55,161 nt of DNA from Candidatus Thorarchaeota archaeon (lineage in GTDB: Archaea > Asgardarchaeota > Thorarchaeia > Thorarchaeales > Thorarchaeaceae). The translations under genes and the position numbers were made by a program. The notes below the pieces were generated by a model. The model made no database searches. It saw only the letters and a list, made by a program, of their open reading frames with translations, and was not told where the DNA came from. Of this stretch, positions 49,001 to 55,161 are shown piece by piece; the first letter of the stretch is position 1, and each line of letters begins with the position of its first letter. The stretch covers positions 1-55,161 of the forward strand of contig JAUWOA010000004.1 of assembly GCA_030612365.1 (NCBI GenBank), given 5' to 3'.

Positions 49001-51119
49001 TGAAGCTTATGAGCTGGGACGATGGGAACTAACTATTACTGCTCAGAAAGCGTTGCATCAAAAAGGTGTGATTCAATTCATCTTGTTCGTTACTGAAAAC
49101 CCGACCTCCCTTGATGTCCCAGTCATCCCTCCGTCGGTCTACATCGATGATATCTCCAGCTATGTTTTCACGTATCGCATTGAAGGCGGAGCGGGGGTTG
49201 TTGATGCCGACGTTAATTTTTCAGGCATTAATCCAGATTGGGTATCATTCACCCCAATCGGGGCTGGCAACTACAATATCACCTTTGAGGCGAATCAAAC
49301 TGGAACCTTTTCTTTTAACGTGATCTTTACGAAATACGGTTATCAGATGATCAATCAGCCAGTCACTTTATCCGTGAGGCTAATCGATACCGACCTGTAC
49401 ACAGCCTCAGGTAGTTCATCTGCTTCGGTTGTGTTTGGGACTGTCTATGAAATTGAGATGTATTATGAGAATTCATTGGAAGGCTTCAACATCAGTTCGG
49501 CCTCAATCCAAGTTGAGTTTACGTCTATTGAAGCATTGAATTGGACTGTCGAACCCCATAATGACGGTTACATCCTACGAATTGAAGCTGATGAGCTGGG
49601 ACGATGGGAACTAACTATTACTGCTCAGAAAGCGAATCATCAAACAGGATCTGTTCAATTCGTCTTGTTCGTTACTGAAAATCCAACTCTCCTTGATGTG
49701 CCAGTCATCCCGTCGACGGTCTACATCGGCAATATCTCCAGCTATGTTTTCACCTATCACATTGAAGGCGGAGTCGGGGTTGTTGATGCAAACGTTAGCT
49801 TTTCAGGTATTGACCCGGATTGGGTGTCATTCACTCCAATCGGGAACGGCAACTACAGCATCACCATTGAGGCGAATCAAACTGGAACGTTTTCTTTCAA
49901 CGTGATCTTTGCGAAGTACGGCTATCAGATGATCAATCAGCCAGTCGCGTTCCAAGTTAACAGAATCCCGTTGACGATTGAAATGGCCGCTCCATCTTGG
50001 ATTATCACTTCAGACCTTACCTTTAACCTCACCCTTATGGATGACACCGGCAAGCCGGTTTCGGGCGCTTTTGTCAATTATACAATTACACAAGGCGACG
50101 TAGAACTGTACCTCGGTTTGATGACAGAGGATCCAGATTCAAACGGCACCTACAAAGCAGCGATATCCCAGACTCGGGTGCCATGGACAGGCAATCAACT
50201 ATACAGCATCAAGATTTCCGTATCAAAAGAAAATTACCAGGTTGTGAATCAGGGACTTCTGGTTAACGTCCACGAATACATGCCTCCAGGTTATGAAGTG
50301 CAGATATTTGTCCAGACCGTTGTGCCTCAGGTTGCCTTTGTCATTGTTGCTCTTGTTTCTCTCGTCATTGGCCGACGCATGTATCGGACCAACAGGAGGA
50401 AGAAAGACCTTGCGATACTTGCTGTAAAGCGTCGGTTCGAGGACATACGTGGAATCCTCGGGATTATAGTTATCCACAAGGTAAGCGGCATAGCTGTATA
50501 CTCTAAGATTCTGAAAGGCGGGTTTGACGAGGGGATGATGTCCGCCTTCATCACAGCAATAACTCATTTCAGGGCTGAGTTCGAGGTGGAGAAACAACAC
50601 TGGGAATTCAACGTTGTTCCAATATCGGACATCATTAGCATTGTTCCCACAAGGAATCTACTATGTGCCTTCATAGTCGGTGCGAGACCCACAATGACTC
50701 TGGAGGACCGGATGGTCGGGTTTGCCCGATCCGTCGGCGCAATGTTCGACGAAACCATGGCGGCCGCACCCCGGGCAGTCATAGATGATGCAACCCAAGG
50801 GTTGTTTGACTATCTTTTCGATGACGTCATGGATGGTGCTCTGCTTCGCCAATACAGGGTCAAGAAAGATGTCCCCTACCCACGAAATCAGAAGTGTCTT
50901 CAGACATACCTTAAGGCGTATCCTCCTCAAGATGGATTCGGACTGGATTCGCTTGCTGATGGCATGGCCATGTGCGGGATTCAAGAAGGGAATATCTACC
51001 AGCAGATCATCGATGCAATTGAAAATGGCATCCTAGAGAGTATCGATCCTGAGGAGGAATATCCCGGTTTCCTGAAAGACAACGTTGAATCTGCTAATAG
51101 TGAATCCGCTGACCTCTAG
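46050..51119 (+). CDS. Giant single-pass surface protein (~1690 aa): signal, Ig-like repeats, TM, cytoplasmic domain
   Basis: Hydrophobic N-terminus after MRGNWR, many N-x-S/T sequons, repeated GNY(S/N)I beta motifs, TM VAFVIVALVSLVIG followed by a basic cluster, then ~240 cytoplasmic aa. The ORF is open from 45936. Confidence 0.88.
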   Translation: MRGNWRPAAALLLVLIGQVILFGSLGNQNIARHNSGDLSPKQSPVEPPFIGDFPSPFRNHDDDIEFTPYRAFSSSEEPITGVLDPAIVEQSGYASSGNISARTDTMSNLAYDLPLDEVHNWVASEAEVSIWNLTKVYAINGTFEEGVSGINVNPNGTVAYHPLGWDVYSNNTNVNQVQMAAFDSTGRSYITADNWGGKVGQNEHGHYQDTRILWTQFVDNAPYTEDFILSFDYFYLRGPIDKNTTYPITGNCSITVFADGNPIWNMSLLTLDRRGVWESSGELPITVAGISGAFDFEIGLVIDETLVLDKRWDYDTDGAPDGIGNAAYITAYLDDVSFIKATPPTPSQVDLEFTRGTEAVAVTGTSGSGSAVITNESYWQINPVSVVLSSNTSVSFDYKTRLLSHRFTNSNSETDISHEGVAYTTQFGLSPDLTLFTYIGFLGDYENPSLRVAYPIDWENATVLDPFLSDVTSQCSLGLGFFDVPGHLLDLLGWWKFMLQSPNYAKSLTPQIDDDDDWLNETLYRSGNKTRALIEIGTPLTTPESFDLVNVSWILPNGTFWFDETLNGGEDGEIFSSTLELDSLNTTAGVWSVEVLWTNGTEVAYDIAVFEVHHVAELIALESHIVTESGSTVMNYVYYRDAENGEYLMDPSATILANWSGSTKELQPNNIHLYWEPTTPFDTSLVGPGNSSVLVEASWDFFDSASCIFIVEVTYTDNELIIYDLAVDAGLFDTYVCEFHFEDRYGNYLEGASIVDVVVSGPTGGLIVNWGSFTDLGFGNYSISFTSQLSGTYQTTITAEADFYEAAGATLLLYVGEISTGLEILNGTVGLIPFGQDFRLAVRYSNSTGYGIENANITMTSVSPEGGVTAGTTIDEGEGVYSLVLTPLESDDFTILVSANITNYQTQIERFTLSVAPIATDLYTASGNSSASTVFETIYELDLYYVNTQDGLNISLASIQVEFTSNETLNWTIEPYGDGYILRIEAYELGRWELTITAQKALHQKGVIQFILFVTENPTSLDVPVIPPSVYIDDISSYVFTYRIEGGAGVVDADVNFSGINPDWVSFTPIGAGNYNITFEANQTGTFSFNVIFTKYGYQMINQPVTLSVRLIDTDLYTASGSSSASVVFGTVYEIEMYYENSLEGFNISSASIQVEFTSIEALNWTVEPHNDGYILRIEADELGRWELTITAQKANHQTGSVQFVLFVTENPTLLDVPVIPSTVYIGNISSYVFTYHIEGGVGVVDANVSFSGIDPDWVSFTPIGNGNYSITIEANQTGTFSFNVIFAKYGYQMINQPVAFQVNRIPLTIEMAAPSWIITSDLTFNLTLMDDTGKPVSGAFVNYTITQGDVELYLGLMTEDPDSNGTYKAAISQTRVPWTGNQLYSIKISVSKENYQVVNQGLLVNVHEYMPPGYEVQIFVQTVVPQVAFVIVALVSLVIGRRMYRTNRRKKDLAILAVKRRFEDIRGILGIIVIHKVSGIAVYSKILKGGFDEGMMSAFITAITHFRAEFEVEKQHWEFNVVPISDIISIVPTRNLLCAFIVGARPTMTLEDRMVGFARSVGAMFDETMAAAPRAVIDDATQGLFDYLFDDVMDGALLRQYRVKKDVPYPRNQKCLQTYLKAYPPQDGFGLDSLADGMAMCGIQEGNIYQQIIDAIENGILESIDPEEEYPGFLKDNVESANSESADL
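48807..49946 (+). repeat. Intragenic tandem duplication, 582-bp (194-aa) period
   Basis: 48807-49364 matches 49389-49946 (TDLYTASG...YGYQMINQPV twice). A 44-nt block is identical (49009-49052 = 49591-49634). Confidence 0.95.
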
Positions 51120-51359
51120 CCGAACTCAACGATAGAATCTCATTCGGTCACCTGATTTCATCTAAAACGGAGTGACCCCCTCTCCCCTTCTTTGCGTATG
51201 GAACCGCCTTTGATACCCCTTGCAGAGTGCTCTATTCTTGCTTCTGCCCTAGGTTTGAGAATGTGCTTTCCAAGTGATACCTCCGTATCACCCTGATATT
51301 ACCAACGAAGTATCGACATTGCACATAGCCTTATTATCTTTCCATACGCACTTGACGTC

Positions 51360-51398
51360 AGTTGTACCACAAAAACTGAATAAATATGAGTTGTACCA
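51360..51398 (+). promoter_or_regulatory. TATA-like element flanked by a 10-bp direct repeat (putative operator)
   Basis: AGTTGTACCA at 51360-51369 and 51389-51398 brackets CAAAAACTGAATAAATATG. Confidence 0.5.
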
Positions 51399-51423
51399 TG
51401 GAAAGCGAATAAAGGAGAAACGA

Positions 51424-51567
51424 ATGATGACCACTCAAACTCGACCGACCTCAACCCTCCAGAAGAATGCAGAAGTTCTTCACACGCTTTACGGACTGCT
51501 TGATAGCGATCGCGAGCCTACCGACTCGGACGCCATGAGCCTGCGTTATCTTTACGCGAGTTCGTAG
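51424..51567 (+). CDS. Small hypothetical protein (47 aa)
   Basis: ATG preceded by AAGGAG, an upstream promoter-like element and downstream hairpins. Sequence MMTTQTRPTSTLQKNAEVLHTLYGLLDSDREPTDSDAMSLRYLYASS. Confidence 0.55.
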   Translation: MMTTQTRPTSTLQKNAEVLHTLYGLLDSDREPTDSDAMSLRYLYASS

Positions 51568-51647
51568 ATGCATTACGATCCTCATTTTACATGAGGTCTA
51601 CATTCGCTGTCTCCTGTGCACTCCCGGCAAAAGAGATAGAGAAACCG

Positions 51648-51676
51648 TGGGGGCGGAATGCTCAATTCCCGCCCTC
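51648..51676 (+). terminator. GC-rich hairpin downstream of the small ORF
   Basis: GGGGGCGGAA-TGCTCAA-TTCCCGCCCTC followed by pyrimidine-rich sequence. Confidence 0.35.
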
Positions 51677-51929
51677 ACACCTTTCCAACAATTTTCTTGG
51701 CGTTAGCTCATTCTGCCGTTAGAGTTATATCCCTCCACCGCGCATTGCTGATAGTTTACAGTTTCAGGCGGGAAAAAAACTCACAATAAAATTCACTAGA
51801 ACACGTGTTCCAAGAGAGGTGGCAAGATGTGCCGCCGATTGGGCTTACGCCCATGATTCATTTAGCACAATTCTCAAGCGTTATCTAGGTGAGTTAACTG
51901 CCTGCTGTGGACCAGGAGTGTGACAAACG

Positions 51930-53972
51930 ATGAATAAGTATCCAAGTAAAGACCCCGTTCTGGTAACATGTGGTCTTCCCTATGCCAGCGGGGAGATGCA
52001 CATAGGTCATCTTCGCACCTATGTTCCTGCTGACGTGTTTGTTAGACTTCTGAAGAAAATGCAGACTGAGGTTGTTTTCATATGCGGGTCTGACACGCAC
52101 GGGACTCCGGTGGTCACCACAGCTGAGAAACTAGGAGTTTCGCCAAAAGAGGTCTACGAGAAGTATCACAAGCACTACCTTGAGACCTTCCCCCGCTTGG
52201 GAATAGAGTTCGACAATTACTCCACGACCAACGACCCGGAAAACCGCCACAGGACCCGCCAACTGGTTTCAGCTCTCCAGGAGAATGGCCATATCTACGC
52301 CAAGGACTTGGAGTCACCCTTCTGCGACCAATGCGGCAGGTCTCTGCCGGACCGATTCGTACGGGGTACATGCCCACACTGTGGTGCGGACGCCAGAGGC
52401 GACGAGTGCGATCAAGGCTGTGGTCGGTACTTGGAGCCTGGAGAAATACTCAATCCACGGTGTGCAATCTGTGACTCTCCCACTCGACCTGTGACGCGTG
52501 AACACTACTACTTCAAATTGAGTGCGTTTGAGGACTTCCTGAAAGACTTCCTCACCAACATGGATGGCACCAAGAATGCTCGGAACTACGCTCTGGGCTG
52601 GGTTAAGGAAGGGCTCAGGGACTGGTGCATAACACGTGATTTGAACTGGGGATTCAAGTTTCCTGGTGATGAAAGTCTAACTCTCTACGTTTGGGTGGAT
52701 GCGCCAATCGGTTACATGTCGGGCACTGAAATCTGGTCCAAGAAGATTGGCAAGCCCAAGGAATGGGAAAAATACTGGAAGCCAGGAAACGGTCGCCTTG
52801 TTCACTACATCGGTCAGGATATCGTGTACCATCACTGCATCTTCTGGCCCGCCATGTTGAAGGGCAGTGGCTACAACTTACCCGATGCCATAGTGGCGTC
52901 TGGAATGCTCAAGATTGAAGGTCACAACTTCAGCAGGGGTAGGGGCTATGTCGTCTGGATAAAAGAGGATTATCTAGACAAGGGGCTCGATCCGGATTAT
53001 CTCCGCTACTTCATGGTGTCAGGCACTTCGCAAACAAAGGATTTGGATTTCTCTTGGCAGAACTTGGCAGACAAGGTGAATAACGAGCTAGTGGCGACCT
53101 TTGGCAACTTCATCTACAGGGGTCTTCACTTCACCAAGAAGCACTTTGGCGAAGTCCCGAAAGGAGAGCTCGACCCGAACCTGAGGAAGGAAATAGAAAA
53201 GACAATCGAAACCATCATCTCTGCTACAAATGAGTATGAGCTCAAGAAGGTGAGTGATGCAATCTTGCGTCTCGCATCAGTTGGTAATGAGTACTTCCAA
53301 TCGAATGCACCTTGGAAGTCGGTGAAGACAGACAAAGACAAAGCAGGTGTGATTCTCTACAATGCTATCGCCCTTGCCAAAGCCCTCGCAATTCTTATTG
53401 AACCAATCATGCCGACTGTGGCTGAGAAGATTTGGAGCCAGTTGGGGCTTGAAGGCTCTAAGGTCCATGAGGTACCGCTCGAAGAGGCACTTAAGCCTCC
53501 GCAGGTCGGTGCCAAGCTGGGCACGCCGGTTCCAGTTATCTCAAAGATAGATGACAAGGTATTGGCTGACCTCAAAGAATCAATCTCAAAAAGAGTGAAG
53601 GCTGCTGAAGCGGCTGAACGAGGTGAAACGGAAGTGGAAGAGGAGTTGGTGTCGTTTGATGATTTCAAGCGAATGGATATACGCGCAGGGAAAATACTGG
53701 ATGCAACCAAGGTGCCTAAGACAAAGAAGCTGCTAGAGCTCAAAGTTGATCTCGGGTCTGAGGTAAGGGTCATTGTTACAGGACTCGCGGATCAGTACAA
53801 GCCTGAAGATCTCAAGGGTTTGACTGCGTTGTTCTTAACGAATCTCGAATCGAAGAAGATTGGCGGCATCGAGAGCAAGGGAATGATTCTGGCTGTTGAG
53901 AAGGCTGACGAACTTGGTCGCTGGATTCCTGTGACAATCGAAGGCGTACCTCCTGGCAGTAAGGCGGCCTGA
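51930..53972 (+). CDS. metG: Methionine--tRNA ligase with C-terminal tRNA-binding domain
   Basis: LPYASGEMHIGH, CGSDTHG, CxxC Zn knuckles, YVWVDAPIGY, C-terminal OB/Trbp domain (ESKGMIL). Confidence 0.96.
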   Translation: MNKYPSKDPVLVTCGLPYASGEMHIGHLRTYVPADVFVRLLKKMQTEVVFICGSDTHGTPVVTTAEKLGVSPKEVYEKYHKHYLETFPRLGIEFDNYSTTNDPENRHRTRQLVSALQENGHIYAKDLESPFCDQCGRSLPDRFVRGTCPHCGADARGDECDQGCGRYLEPGEILNPRCAICDSPTRPVTREHYYFKLSAFEDFLKDFLTNMDGTKNARNYALGWVKEGLRDWCITRDLNWGFKFPGDESLTLYVWVDAPIGYMSGTEIWSKKIGKPKEWEKYWKPGNGRLVHYIGQDIVYHHCIFWPAMLKGSGYNLPDAIVASGMLKIEGHNFSRGRGYVVWIKEDYLDKGLDPDYLRYFMVSGTSQTKDLDFSWQNLADKVNNELVATFGNFIYRGLHFTKKHFGEVPKGELDPNLRKEIEKTIETIISATNEYELKKVSDAILRLASVGNEYFQSNAPWKSVKTDKDKAGVILYNAIALAKALAILIEPIMPTVAEKIWSQLGLEGSKVHEVPLEEALKPPQVGAKLGTPVPVISKIDDKVLADLKESISKRVKAAEAAERGETEVEEELVSFDDFKRMDIRAGKILDATKVPKTKKLLELKVDLGSEVRVIVTGLADQYKPEDLKGLTALFLTNLESKKIGGIESKGMILAVEKADELGRWIPVTIEGVPPGSKAA

Positions 53973-54069
53973 ATCATCAAGTTGTGGACACAAGAAGCAA
54001 TTGACAATTGCGGGTCCGATGTCGGGAAGGCGCTACTACAGTATCATGGACACACAGCATATATGAATA

Positions 54070-54095
54070 GCAGGAGGGGTAGGAAACCCCTCTGC
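54070..54095. terminator. Hairpin between convergent metG and the kinase
   Basis: GCAG(G)AGGGGT-AGGAA-ACCCCTCTGC stem-loop. Confidence 0.35.
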
Positions 54096-54182
54096 CACTA
54101 TCTGTTCATCGTCACTCCGCCGAACATATACTGCGTGTTCTTCCCTGCCTTGAGAATGCTAAAGGCATCTTGTGCTCAAGCG

Positions 54183-55160
54183 TCAGTTACACTCATTTTC
54201 TACCACATCAATTGGGAACGAGATGACTGCCCGGGTTCCCTTTCCTTTCTCACTTTGAAGAGAAATATCGCCGCCATGATCTTCCATGATTCTTCGAGAA
54301 ACTGCAAGCCCCAATCCAGTCCCCTTCTTCTTGGTCGTGAAGAAAGGATTGAATATTTTCTCAGCGATTTTGGTCGACATGCCAACGCCACTGTCAGCAA
54401 ATGAAACCTTAACATATCCCTCCTTACGCCAAGATGAAATGACAAGCTTGCCGCCATCGGGCATGGCTTCTGCGGCGTTCTTCAAGAGATTGATTAGCAC
54501 CTGTTTGATCTGCTCTGGATCGAAGGATATGATAGGTAGATCACTATCCAAAGACTGTTCATGGTTGATTTTCCTATTCTGCAAGTCGTTTTCCATGAGT
54601 GCCATTGCATTCCTGATTGTTGAATTTATGTTTAGTAGCTCTCTTTTGAGTCTAGATGAGCGCGTGAAATCAGTAACATTCGTCAGCATCGATTCCAAGC
54701 GTCTAATTTCCCTCTGTATGACTTCCAAATTCACGCGGTTGGAATCATTATCGGAAAGGGACTCTTCTATCAGGCCAGCCAGTCCACCAATGACCATTAG
54801 GGGATTTCTGATTTCATGTGAGAGATAAGCTGCAGCTTCTCCTATAGCCGCAAAACGCTCAGACCGGATAAGTTTGTCTTGCATATCAACAAGATTCTGT
54901 ATGCTTACCTTGACTCTATCTCTTTCTAATCGTACTTCAGCTTCAGAACGCTTCAAATCGGTGATGTCACGAGCTGCGGCAAAGGCGGCTATCACTTCTC
55001 CTGTCTGGCCCCTGTAGAGCGACGCATTGTAGGCGACAATGGTTTCAGTCCCGTCGCGGGCCTTCATGACCAGCTCGTAGTCGCGGACCTCTCCCTTCTT
55101 GAAGACCATCATGACGCCCTTGCGTGCCTTCTCCGGGTCTGTGAAGTAGTCAGCAAACGG
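54183..55160 (-). CDS. PAS-domain sensor histidine kinase (5'-truncated by the window edge)
   Basis: PAC motif ...AARDIT, H-box SHEIRNPL, N-box QVLINLLKNA, DSGVG, FNPFFTTK, GTGLGL. The frame is open to the edge. Confidence 0.93.
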   Translation of the reverse strand, partial: PFADYFTDPEKARKGVMMVFKKGEVRDYELVMKARDGTETIVAYNASLYRGQTGEVIAAFAAARDITDLKRSEAEVRLERDRVKVSIQNLVDMQDKLIRSERFAAIGEAAAYLSHEIRNPLMVIGGLAGLIEESLSDNDSNRVNLEVIQREIRRLESMLTNVTDFTRSSRLKRELLNINSTIRNAMALMENDLQNRKINHEQSLDSDLPIISFDPEQIKQVLINLLKNAAEAMPDGGKLVISSWRKEGYVKVSFADSGVGMSTKIAEKIFNPFFTTKKKGTGLGLAVSRRIMEDHGGDISLQSEKGKGTRAVISFPIDVVENECN

Positions 55161-55161
55161 A

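Noticed and set aside
48807-49946. Diversity-generating retroelement TR/VR pair
   Set aside because: Both copies are in-frame in one gene, the differences are not adenine-specific, and no reverse transcriptase is in the window.

Overview
Archaeal chromosomal window, most likely Asgard/Thorarchaeota-like. This is an inference from the thermosome, S17e, the archaeal HMG-CoA synthase/thiolase/DUF35 trio, the DUF359 kinase, a giant sequon-rich surface protein and TATA-type promoters. The left 9.6 kb is accessory. It starts with a transposase-less TnpB (559 aa) whose RuvC has the rearranged, Fanzor-like catalytic glutamate and which is bracketed by short imperfect inverted repeats next to the 3' end of tRNA-Gly(TCC). 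A ~50-bp-period repeat array lies on the 5' side of the tRNA, followed by an island of small membrane/secreted genes (two disrupted) punctuated by three shared non-coding modules (A, B, C). The remainder is mostly core metabolism: a HydC/HydB/non-catalytic NuoG-like + NfnAB electron-bifurcation operon, Nnr, CoaD-DUF359, upper mevalonate genes, AsnB-like, TrxB, thermosome, KorAB-FumC-SdhAB, a CDF transporter, an orphan DNA methyltransferase, S17e, DNA ligase, QueD-MptA, a ~1700-aa surface protein with an internal 582-bp duplication, MetG and a truncated PAS histidine kinase. All calls come from motif reading only; no database searches were run.
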